A DNA stretch of 64,000 nucleotides from Chloroflexota bacterium (lineage in GTDB: Bacteria > Chloroflexota > Dehalococcoidia > JAUQQI01), in contig PSKS01000004.1 in assembly GCA_040289115.1 (NCBI GenBank), positions 36,064 through 100,063 on the forward strand. The letters are read 5' to 3'. Positions 1 to 8,052 of this stretch are shown piece after piece (positions within the stretch are counted from its first letter, which is position 1; every line of letters starts with the position of its first letter). The notes beneath the pieces were generated by a model. It was not told where the DNA came from, did no database searches, and saw nothing but the letters and a program-made list of their open reading frames with translations. The position numbers and the translations under genes were made by a program.

Positions 1-696
1 AACATCTTGGCTCCACCCAGTCCCGAACACCCCCTGGGAACCGACGACGTGGGCCGGGATCTTTTAAGTCGGCTGCTCCACGCCGGCCGAATATCCTTGA
101 GCGTTGGGTTTGGGGCGGCCGTTTTGACGGTGGTTATCGGGGTCCTGGTGGGGGCACCGGCAGGCTATTATGGCGGCCGGCTGGATGTCCTCCTCTCGGG
201 CCTGATCAACGTGATGTTGGCGATCCCCATCCTGCCGCTGGCCCTGGTCTTGAGCTCCTTCGTTCAGACGAACTTGACCTTTGTGATTTTTATCATCGGC
301 GGGCTTTCCTGGCCGGCAGTGGCCCGGATAATGCGGGCCGAGTTTCTCTCCCTCCGGGAGCGGGAATTCGTAGATGCGGCCCGGGTGCTGGGGGCCGGGT
401 CGGGCCGGATTATTTTTATTCATATTTTGCCCAACACCCTGGCCCCAATCATTGTGGCCGCAACCCTTCAGGTGGCCAACGCCATCCTCTTAGAGTCGGC
501 CCTAAGCTTCTTGGGTTACGGGGTCCAGCCGCCCCAGGCTTCGTGGGGGAATATGCTCCAGGACGCCCAACGCTACCTGCGAACGGTTCCGGAGCTGGCC
601 ATTTACCCTGGAGCCCTCATCTCCCTGACGGTGATAAGCATTAATTTCCTGGGTGACGGCCTCCGGGAGGCCCTCGACCCTAGGCTTCAGGTTTGA
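1..696 (+). CDS. ABC transporter permease, DppC/OppC family (5' partial, runs off window start)
   Basis: Translation shows the BPD_transp_1 permease signature (AIPILPLALVLS..., ILPNTLAPIIVAATLQVANAILLESALSFLGYG). The frame is open to position 1. Confidence 0.85.
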   Translation, partial: NILAPPSPEHPLGTDDVGRDLLSRLLHAGRISLSVGFGAAVLTVVIGVLVGAPAGYYGGRLDVLLSGLINVMLAIPILPLALVLSSFVQTNLTFVIFIIGGLSWPAVARIMRAEFLSLREREFVDAARVLGAGSGRIIFIHILPNTLAPIIVAATLQVANAILLESALSFLGYGVQPPQASWGNMLQDAQRYLRTVPELAIYPGALISLTVISINFLGDGLREALDPRLQV

Positions 697-703
697 CCGG
701 CCT

Positions 704-1132
704 TTAAGGTTTTATCTGTTGGAACGCCCCTATGGCTGCCGAAACCTCATCCAGCAGGCCCAGGGTCGCCCCCTCGGTTTTAATCGTCCGGTAAGCCAGT
801 TTGGCAAGGCCGCCGGCAATGTGGACGTGGGCGCTGCGACGCCGCTCGTCCAGGACGCCCTCCAGCCGTTGCCGGACCGCCTCAGGGTCAGCCCGAAGGA
901 TATTGCGGACCGAGGCTCGGGTAAGTCCGAGATACTGGGCGATCTCCTCTTGGGTCCGGTTGAAGTGTTCCCGCAGGACCACTGCGTAGGCGGCCTCCAT
1001 CAGGCTGGGTACCCAGGTGAGGTTTCGCAGCTCGAAGAGTCGCCGGGGCCCGCCGATAAGCTCAAGGGACTTTAAGAAGACTACCAGGGAAAGTCCGTCG
1101 GGTTTGATGTCTTGGGGCTTAACCTCCTGCAT
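704..1132 (-). CDS. Helix-turn-helix domain protein, putative transcriptional regulator co-operonic with the KaiC-like ATPase
   Basis: 142 aa with an HTH-like segment (EEIAQYLGLTRASVRNIL). Its start overlaps the upstream ATPase gene by 14 nt, implying translational coupling. Confidence 0.5.
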   Translation of the reverse strand: MQEVKPQDIKPDGLSLVVFLKSLELIGGPRRLFELRNLTWVPSLMEAAYAVVLREHFNRTQEEIAQYLGLTRASVRNILRADPEAVRQRLEGVLDERRRSAHVHIAGGLAKLAYRTIKTEGATLGLLDEVSAAIGAFQQIKP

Positions 1133-2024
1133 AAGTTTCTTCCCTACCTCCCAGGCGTGAGATTGGCGGACCTACCTTAACCAGGCCCGTTTCGGTGATT
1201 TCCAGCAGGTGGGTGGCGGTGCTGTGACCGCACAGCCGGCAGCCGTCGATCCGGAGCATCCGAACGACCTCCCCGATGGGCCGGTGGTAGAGCCGAGCCT
1301 CAGCCGGGGTCTGGATGAGCCTCTTGGCCAGCACAATAGTGCAGTCGACGATATGGCTTACGGCGTAGCCTCCGGCCGCCTCGGCCGTGAACTCTTCATG
1401 ACCGGTTCGTTTCTGGGAGACGAAGATGGCCGTCTGGTACCACCGCTTCATAAAGTTAAAGAGCTGACGCACCACCTGGCGGGCGAAGATCTCTTTGGCC
1501 TCGAAAAGACCGGTTACTGAGTCGATGACCACCGACTTAGTATCGAAACGCCGGATGGTGTGGGCCAGGGTTGCTAGGAGAGTGGGTAGGTCGTCCCGCA
1601 ACTGGGCGTGGGAGGCCGCGTCGACAAGAACGATCCGGTCCTGAATCTGAGCGAAATCTATACCCATAGCCGTCGCGCGGGTCCGAAGCGCGCCGGCCGT
1701 GAAAGGACCGGGGGCCTCGACGGTAATAAAACAGACCGGATACCCAAGGGACGCCTGTTTGACCGCGAACTGCTCAGCCATGAGGGTCTTGCCAGTATCG
1801 GCCACCCCCGTAAGGTTAATCACGCCCAAGGCGGGATAGCCGCCGAGGGGTACCTTCTGGGGAACCCCATTCTCAAACCGGGTGGTGTAAAAAAGCCCGT
1901 CCAGGCCCTCGACACCGGTGGGAATTCCAAAGAGACGGGGCGCCCGTTTACCCGCCTCCCGCAAAACCTCAACAGCCTCTTCCACGGGCCTGACCTCGGG
2001 CCGGGCGACGCTGTGCTCGTCCAT
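1119..2024 (-). CDS. KaiC/RadA-like RecA-superfamily ATPase
   Basis: KaiC-type N-terminal signature GIPTGVEGLDGLF, followed by a Walker A motif (LTGVADTGKT), Walker B (VVIDSV) and a C-terminal CRLCGH motif. A GGAAGG RBS lies upstream. Confidence 0.6.
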   Translation of the reverse strand: MDEHSVARPEVRPVEEAVEVLREAGKRAPRLFGIPTGVEGLDGLFYTTRFENGVPQKVPLGGYPALGVINLTGVADTGKTLMAEQFAVKQASLGYPVCFITVEAPGPFTAGALRTRATAMGIDFAQIQDRIVLVDAASHAQLRDDLPTLLATLAHTIRRFDTKSVVIDSVTGLFEAKEIFARQVVRQLFNFMKRWYQTAIFVSQKRTGHEEFTAEAAGGYAVSHIVDCTIVLAKRLIQTPAEARLYHRPIGEVVRMLRIDGCRLCGHSTATHLLEITETGLVKVGPPISRLGGREETYAGG

Positions 2025-2039
2025 CTCCCACTACCTTCC

Positions 2040-2085
2040 GAATCTGGTTGCGGGCAAGCTAAATACTAAATATAATGCTCACGTC
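2040..2085. promoter_or_regulatory. AT-rich segment with consensus-like -10 hexamers (TATAAT on +, TATATT on -). Candidate promoter for the KaiC-like gene or an outward promoter of the IS remnant
   Basis: TATAAT at 2071-2076 with TTGCGG 17 nt upstream. Local GC is much lower than the flanking coding sequence. Confidence 0.2.
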
Positions 2086-2256
2086 ACACCCAGTAAAGCC
2101 GGTTCTCAATCTCCCAGTGCCCACGCAAATCCCCAGGGCTTTCTTTGGGCTAAGATGCCGAATCGACCCGCCTGCTGCCCACAAAACCTCCTGCACCTCC
2201 CAGGCCGACCAAGCCTCGAAAACTGACACCTACGCCGTCGAATAAGGCCGCAAAAC

Positions 2257-2430
2257 TTAAGCCCTGGCCCAGAGCCACATTCCTCGCAGCGAGGCCTGCC
2301 CGTTGATGGCGGCTAAGATGAGGGCCGCCAGGAGGCTCTGGATAGGGTAGCGGCGCCCGTGCCCGCCCCTGAGGTCAGGGACGGCGGCCAGCACATCGAG
2401 TAAACTGCGCCTGGTATCAGCCTCTTGCAT
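2257..2430 (-). mobile_element. ISAs1/H-repeat-family (IS4-like) transposase N-terminal fragment, a truncated remnant
   Basis: Minus-strand translation MQEADTRRSLLDVLAAVPDLRGGHGRRYPIQSLLAALILAAINGQASLRGMWLWARA followed by a stop. It matches the conserved N-terminal module of ISAs1/H-repeat transposases (..IPDYR...L.DILL..I.AV.SGA..W..I). No DDE domain follows in any frame. Confidence 0.5.
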
Positions 2431-2502
2431 GGCGACACCTCCTCAACACCTTCAACCCAAGAATAGCCCAACTTCAGAGGGGGTTATAATTGGGTCGGGA
2501 AG

Positions 2503-3027
2503 ATGGCGCGTCTTGTCGGGTTGGGCTTTGTCCTGCTGGTGGCCTTTGGCCTCCTGGGGCTTTTGGGCTTCGGCCTGGTACGTCAGGGCAGCTCGGCGGC
2601 TCTCGTCCCCATCCGGGCCCGGCCCGCCCCGGACTTTAGCCTCACCCTATTTGACGGCGGCCGATTTGACCTGAGCGCCCAGCGGCACAAGGTTGTCGTG
2701 GTTAACTTCTGGGCCTCCTGGTGCGTCCCCTGTCGGACCGAGGCGCCCGTTCTGGAGTCGGTTTGGCGCCGATACCAGGACCAGGGGGTAGTCGTGGTGG
2801 GCGTAAACATCTGGGACAATGAGGCCGCCGCCCGGGCCTACATTAAGGAGTTCGGCCTAACGTTTCACAACGGCCCGGATCCCGCTGGGTCGGTAGCGGT
2901 CGACTACGGGGTGACCGGGATCCCCGAAACGTACTTAATATCCCCGGACGGCACCATCCGCCGGAAGTGGAACGGCCCCCTCACCGAGGCCGCCCTGGTT
3001 GCCCTGATCGAGGAGGTTCGCCGATGA
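2503..3027 (+). CDS. TlpA/ResA-family thiol-disulfide oxidoreductase (thioredoxin fold), membrane-anchored
   Basis: N-terminal TM segment. WCVPC active-site motif in the context FWASWCVPCRTEAP. Confidence 0.85.
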   Translation: MARLVGLGFVLLVAFGLLGLLGFGLVRQGSSAALVPIRARPAPDFSLTLFDGGRFDLSAQRHKVVVVNFWASWCVPCRTEAPVLESVWRRYQDQGVVVVGVNIWDNEAAARAYIKEFGLTFHNGPDPAGSVAVDYGVTGIPETYLISPDGTIRRKWNGPLTEAALVALIEEVRR

Positions 3028-3581
3028 AGGCCTCCCGCCGGGACTTTCTCCTCCTGGCTGGCTTCACCATCCTGGGAGCCGCCGGCTGCCAGAACCTTGG
3101 GCGGCTCGGCCGGTTTCTTCCGGGAGCGTCCGGCTCGGCGGCTTCGTCCACCCCAGCCGAGCCGGAAGACCTGGCCCCGGATTTCACGTTGAAGCTCTTT
3201 GACGGGGGCGAATTTAAGCTGAGTGCCTACCGGGGCCGGCCGGTGGTCCTGAACTTCTGGGCCTCCTGGTGCGGACCCTGCCGGGCTGAGGCCCCGGTGC
3301 TGGAAAACGCTTGGCAGCAGTACCAGGACCAGGGAGTTATGCTTGTGGGCCTCGCCGTCCAGGACCGGGAAGAAAGCGCCCGGGCCTTCATCCAGGAGTT
3401 CGGGCTTACCTACCCGATGGGGCTAGACGTGGGTGACCGGGTCGCAACCCTCTACCAGATTACGGGCCTCCCCACCTCGGTCTTTATCGACGGCCAGGGT
3501 CGAATTCGCCACCGGTGGGTGGGAGCTATCAGCAAGAACCGGGTCGGTCTCCTCATCGAGGACCTGCTGGTCGGCGGGTAG
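3024..3581 (+). CDS. TlpA-family thiol-disulfide oxidoreductase paralog, probable lipoprotein
   Basis: ATG at 3024 overlaps the upstream stop (ATGA). RRDFLLLAGFTILGAAGC is a signal peptide with a lipobox Cys. WCGPC active site. Confidence 0.85.
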   Translation: MKASRRDFLLLAGFTILGAAGCQNLGRLGRFLPGASGSAASSTPAEPEDLAPDFTLKLFDGGEFKLSAYRGRPVVLNFWASWCGPCRAEAPVLENAWQQYQDQGVMLVGLAVQDREESARAFIQEFGLTYPMGLDVGDRVATLYQITGLPTSVFIDGQGRIRHRWVGAISKNRVGLLIEDLLVGG

Positions 3582-3595
3582 GCCGGGGGGCGGCC

Positions 3596-4060
3596 TTGGA
3601 ATGGATTGACCTGGTCCGGATTGTCCTGCGGTGGGTGCATGCCGTCGCGGCCCTTTTCTGGGTGGGAGGTTCCCTCTTCTTGTTTTTGGTTTACCGGCCT
3701 GCCGTCCGGCTCCTGCCCGAGGGGACCCGCTCCCTGATGGAGAAGGCCGTCCGGCAGCGTTTTCGGGAGCTGGCGAACACAGCCATCGTTGCCCTGCTGG
3801 TCTCAGGGATGATCCTTACCTTCGACCGGCTCTCCTCCCCGGCGGCCACCACCCCCTACGTGCTGGTGCTGGGGGCCAAAGTGCTCCTCGCCCTCCTGGC
3901 CTTTTACCTGGCCCTGGAGCTGGGCGGCGGCCGACGGATTACCGTCCGCATTGGCCGGCAGGCTGTCGGAGCCCCGGAGTTCATCCTGGCCGCCGGGCTT
4001 GCCATCTACCTGCTGGTGGCGGTGCTCCGGTGGCTCTACGAGCGGAGCCTTGGGCCTTAG
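3596..4060 (+). CDS. CopD-like membrane protein (4 TM)
   Basis: VHAVAALFWVGGSLFLF resembles the CopD motif H-x6-W-x-GG. Hydrophobic profile consistent with 4 TM helices. The start is uncertain (TTG 3596 or GTG 3635). Confidence 0.4.
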   Translation: MEWIDLVRIVLRWVHAVAALFWVGGSLFLFLVYRPAVRLLPEGTRSLMEKAVRQRFRELANTAIVALLVSGMILTFDRLSSPAATTPYVLVLGAKVLLALLAFYLALELGGGRRITVRIGRQAVGAPEFILAAGLAIYLLVAVLRWLYERSLGP

Positions 4061-4066
4061 GCGGGC

Positions 4067-4582
4067 TCAGTGGCGGGGACGGCAGGCTGACCACAAGCCC
4101 GCCCCACTACTTCGGGCCTCGGCTTCGGCCGCCAGCAGCCGATTCATGTATTTGGCCGCCGGCTCAGCCCGGTAAACGGTGGCGTAACCCTCCCGGATAA
4201 GTTGCTCGTTAACCAGGGTGTCCTCGACCCAGACCCAGCGCAATAGCCGACCGTAGCGGTCCCGGTCCCGCCGGTCGGCCTCAAGGCGGACCCTTTTACC
4301 CTCGACCAGCTGGCGGTTGCGCTCGGTAGCTTCCCGGCCGTAGCACTCGGCAGTTCCGTGCGTCTCCGGGGCATCAACCCCCAGGTAGCGAACATGCTCG
4401 CCCCCCTCAATCACGATAGTATCGCCGTCGATCACCCGCAGGACCCGGTAGAATTCCCGGCTAGTCTCAACCGGTTCGGCGACCAGGCCGCCCCAGAAGG
4501 CCCGGCCGACCAGTAACCCCAAGACCAGGCCGATGGCGATGCCGGCGACCAGGAAACCAAGCTGCCTTCTCACGGGACCCAA
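4067..4582 (-). CDS. Thermonuclease (SNase/micrococcal nuclease) family protein, membrane-anchored
   Basis: N-terminal TM segment followed by SNase motifs (VIDGDTIVI, YLGVDAPE, RLLRWVW). Confidence 0.8.
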   Translation of the reverse strand: MGPVRRQLGFLVAGIAIGLVLGLLVGRAFWGGLVAEPVETSREFYRVLRVIDGDTIVIEGGEHVRYLGVDAPETHGTAECYGREATERNRQLVEGKRVRLEADRRDRDRYGRLLRWVWVEDTLVNEQLIREGYATVYRAEPAAKYMNRLLAAEAEARSSGAGLWSACRPRH

Positions 4583-4736
4583 TTGAGTTTACCCTAAAGG
4601 ACTTGGTCGCGGGTTGGCTCAGCAGTGCCCATAAGCGTGGCTTGCTGTCGGCTGAGCGGCACACTTTTCACCAAGAAGGCGGACGATGGCCGAAAAGGAT
4701 TCCCTGGAGCTGGCCTATGAGGTGGCGGACCGCTAG

Positions 4737-6101
4737 CGCTGGTTTTACAAAGTTTTCGACAACCTGGGCGTTCGGGACCCCAAGACCCTGCGCATCGGGC
4801 CCCATTTGGCGACATCTTGGAGGCCGATAAGCCCAACCACCTGGGAGCTGGAGCTGCGAAAGGACGTGGTCTTCCACAACGGCGACCCCTTCACGGCCGA
4901 GACGGTCAAGTTCAACTGGGAAAGGATAACCAACCCCGAGCAGAAAAGCCCCCAGCGGGGAAACCACGAGCAGATCGCCGGGGTTGAAATCGTCGACACC
5001 CACAAGGTCCGGGTCCACACCAAATCCCCCTACCCCATCTTTGTTGAGCGGCTGCAAAACTTTCAGCTGGTCCCCGAGAAGGTCGTAAAAGCCAAGGGGG
5101 ATGCCTGGTTTGCCGAAAACCCCATTGGAACGGGGCCGTATAAGTTCGTCGAGTGGAAGCGGGACCGCTACATCCTGGTGGAACGCAACGACAACTACTG
5201 GGGACCCAAGCCCGCCTTTAGGTACTTTAAGTATGTGGTCATCCCCGAAGTTACCACCCAGATCGCCGAGCTTTTAAACGGCAACATCGACGTGATGCGG
5301 GCCGTCCCCACCGACCAGGTAAACACCATTAATAACTCCGGCCGGGCCAAGGTGGTAAGCCAACGGATCCTGCGCACGGGCTTTGTAGGCCTCGACGCCA
5401 AGGGGCGGACAGCCCCCAGCCCCTTCATGGACGTGCGTGTTCGGCACGCTGCCAACCACGCCGTAAATATCGAAAGCTATATCAAAAACCTCCAGCCTGG
5501 GGGCGACCGGGCCCCAGCCTTGGTGAACCCGATGGCCTTCGGGTACGACCCGGCCATTAAGCCCCACGAGTACGACCCCGACAAGGCCAAAGCGTTGCTG
5601 GCCCAGGCCGGCTACGCCCAGGGCTTCGAGGTAACCTTTAACCGTACCAACGCCTCCATTCTGCCCAATGCCCGGCTGGTGTTCGAGGCGATGCAGCGGG
5701 ACCTGGAGAAGGTAGGCATCCGGGTGAAGTTTCAAGTCCACGAGGACCGGGCCTTCACCGATATGGTCTCCCAGGGCAAGGGCGGCCCCATGTACGAGTG
5801 GTCCTGGGGCTACTACTCGGTGTTCGATGCCGACGGCATCCTCTGGGACATGCTCCACTCGTCGAGTCCCTTTAGCTACTACCAAAACCCGGAGCTGGAC
5901 CGGCTCTTGCTCGAGGGCCGGTCGACCCTGGATGAGGAGACCCGCAAGCAGGTCTATTCCCGGGCCCAGCAGATCATCCGGGATGAGGCCCCGGCCATCT
6001 TTATGTGGGGCTTTCACCAGCTCTGGGCGGTGAGCACGGCCGTGAACTGGATGCCCGACCCGGACGAAATCGACAAGTTCTACACGGCCAAACCGGCGTA
6101 A
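4737..6101 (+). pseudogene. ABC transporter substrate-binding protein, family 5 (peptide/nickel, DppA/OppA-like), 5'-truncated with no signal peptide
   Basis: Family-5 SBP homology begins right after an in-frame TAG at 4734-4736 (RWFYKVFDNLGVRDPKTLRIGPHLATSWRPIS, compared with DppA from memory: YNRLVEF...IPGLAEKWEVS). About 60-80 N-terminal residues including the signal peptide are missing. The first ATG (4806) would give a protein lacking a leader. Confidence 0.6.
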
Positions 6102-6124
6102 AGAGACGGGCCCGGGCCGACCCG

Positions 6125-7042
6125 ATGAGCACATACCTTGCCCGGCAGGTCATCCAGCTGGCCATTGCCGTTTGGGGCATCTCGGTCATCGTCTTTGTGG
6201 TTAACTTTGTCATCGGCGACCCGATAAACGCCCTGGTGCCCCCAGAGACTCCGGAGGAGACCCGGCAGCTCCTGCGCCACCAGTACGGGTTCGACCGGCC
6301 GATCCTGGTCCAGTACCTGGACTTTGCCCGGGGGGCGGTGGTAGGCAACTTCGGCGAGTCGTATCTTTTTAGAAAGCCGGCCCTGGATCTGGTTCTCGAG
6401 CGGCTTCCGGCGACCCTGCAGCTTACCGTGGCCGGGATGGGGGTGGCGACCTTAATCGCCATCCCGGTGGGGATCATCTCGGCCTACTGGCGCTATTCCC
6501 TTATCGACAACATCGCCACCCTCGTCGCCGTGGCCGGTCAGGCAATGCCCATCTACTGGCTGGGGCTGATGCTCATTTTGCTCTTTTCCGTGCACCTGCG
6601 CTGGCTTCCGGCCTCAGGGTACGGCACACCCCAGCACCTCATCTTACCGGCCTTCTGCTTAGGGGTCTTCACCGCCCCGGTGGCCATGCGGCTGGTTAGA
6701 TCCGGCATGCTCGACGTCCTCGCCCAGGACTACATCCGGACCGCCCGGGCCAAAGGCCTGACCGAATGGGCGGTGGTGATGCGCCACGCCCTGCGCAACA
6801 CCATGATCCCGGTGGTGACCGTGCTTGGGCTGCAGTTCGGGCAGCTTATGGGCGGGGCCGTTATTACCGAGACGGTCTTTGCCTGGCCGGGAGTTGCCCT
6901 GCTGCTTATAAACGCCATCTACCGCTCGGATATTCCGGTGATGCAGGCCGCGGTCATTATCCTGGCCCTCATCATTGCCGGGGTAAACTTCCTGGTGGAT
7001 TTGGTCGTGGCCGTCCTTGACCCGAGGATCAGGCTGAAATGA
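6125..7042 (+). CDS. ABC transporter permease, DppB/OppB family
   Basis: MSTYLARQVIQLAIAVWGISVIVF is a typical DppB N-terminus. BPD_transp_1 region present. Confidence 0.9.
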   Translation: MSTYLARQVIQLAIAVWGISVIVFVVNFVIGDPINALVPPETPEETRQLLRHQYGFDRPILVQYLDFARGAVVGNFGESYLFRKPALDLVLERLPATLQLTVAGMGVATLIAIPVGIISAYWRYSLIDNIATLVAVAGQAMPIYWLGLMLILLFSVHLRWLPASGYGTPQHLILPAFCLGVFTAPVAMRLVRSGMLDVLAQDYIRTARAKGLTEWAVVMRHALRNTMIPVVTVLGLQFGQLMGGAVITETVFAWPGVALLLINAIYRSDIPVMQAAVIILALIIAGVNFLVDLVVAVLDPRIRLK

Positions 7043-7989
7043 ACCGCCCGATATCCGATGGCGTATCCGCGGCGGCCGGCACCCTGATCCTTCCGACCCG
7101 CCGGGCGATGCCGGGCTGGCGGAAGGTGCTGCGGCGCCTCTGGCAGCTGCGGACCGCCACATTAAGCGGGGTCTTCCTGGTGGTGCTGGTGTTTGTGGCC
7201 GTTTTTGCGGATTTTATTACCCCTTACAACCCCTACGAAGGGGAGCTGGTGAACCGGCTCCGCCCACCCATCTGGGAGCACGGGGGAAGCTGGGAGCACA
7301 TCCTCGGCACCGACCAGGTGGGCCGGGATAACTTGAGCCGGCTCATCTTCGGGGCCCGGGTGTCGCTGGCGGTAGGCTTTCTAGCCACGGTAGTGGCGGC
7401 GGCCATCGGGGTGGCCCTGGGTCTGGCGGCAGGCTACATTGGGCGGCTGACAGACACCGTAATTTCGACGGTTATAAACATCCAACTTACGGTCCCGTTT
7501 ATCCTGCTGGCCCTGCTCTTTATCGGGGTAGTGGGACCCGGGCTGGTTATCGCCAACTACATCGCCGTGAACGTCATCATCGTGCTGGGGGTCGCGTCCT
7601 GGCCCATCTACGCCCGGGTGATTCGGGCCGAGGTGTTTAAGTTGCGGGAACTGGACTTCGTTACAGCGGCCCGCTGCCTGGGCTTCTCCGACGCCCGGAT
7701 CCTCCTGCGCCACATCCTGCCCAACGCGTTCAACCCCATCATCGTGCTTAGCACAGTCCAGGTCGCCCGATTTATTATCGCCGAGGCTTTCTTAAGCTTT
7801 CTGGGCCTGGGCACTCCCCCGCCAACCCCGACCTGGGGAAGCATGCTCGCCGACGCCCGGCAGTTTATGTTCGACAAGTGGTGGCTGCCTACCTTCCCGG
7901 GGCTGGCGATCTTCATCACAACCCTGGCGATTAACCTCTTCGGGGACGGCCTGCGGGACTGGCTCGACCCATATTCCCGGAATATTTAG
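7039..7989 (+). CDS. ABC transporter permease, DppC/OppC family
   Basis: Start overlaps the upstream stop (ATGA). DppC-like N-terminus and EAA-like loop. Paralogous to the partial gene at 1-696. Confidence 0.9.
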   Translation: MNRPISDGVSAAAGTLILPTRRAMPGWRKVLRRLWQLRTATLSGVFLVVLVFVAVFADFITPYNPYEGELVNRLRPPIWEHGGSWEHILGTDQVGRDNLSRLIFGARVSLAVGFLATVVAAAIGVALGLAAGYIGRLTDTVISTVINIQLTVPFILLALLFIGVVGPGLVIANYIAVNVIIVLGVASWPIYARVIRAEVFKLRELDFVTAARCLGFSDARILLRHILPNAFNPIIVLSTVQVARFIIAEAFLSFLGLGTPPPTPTWGSMLADARQFMFDKWWLPTFPGLAIFITTLAINLFGDGLRDWLDPYSRNI

Positions 7990-8052
7990 CCTTTGGGCCC
8001 ACGGCCCTGAGACCGAGCTAGACCCGGCCTGGGGGGTGGCAGCTTCCAAGCC

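Noticed and set aside
4583-4736. Possible upstream exon or leader of the substrate-binding protein gene, including the short ORF MAEKDSLELAYEVADR
   Set aside because: No signal-peptide-like hydrophobic stretch in any frame; the in-frame TAG at 4734 separates it from the SBP homology. The weak inverted repeat (GCTCAGC...GCTGAGC) has too long a loop to be a terminator.
5274-6134. 286-aa ORF antisense to the substrate-binding protein gene
   Set aside because: Antisense to a gene with clear homology; GC-rich frame artefact.
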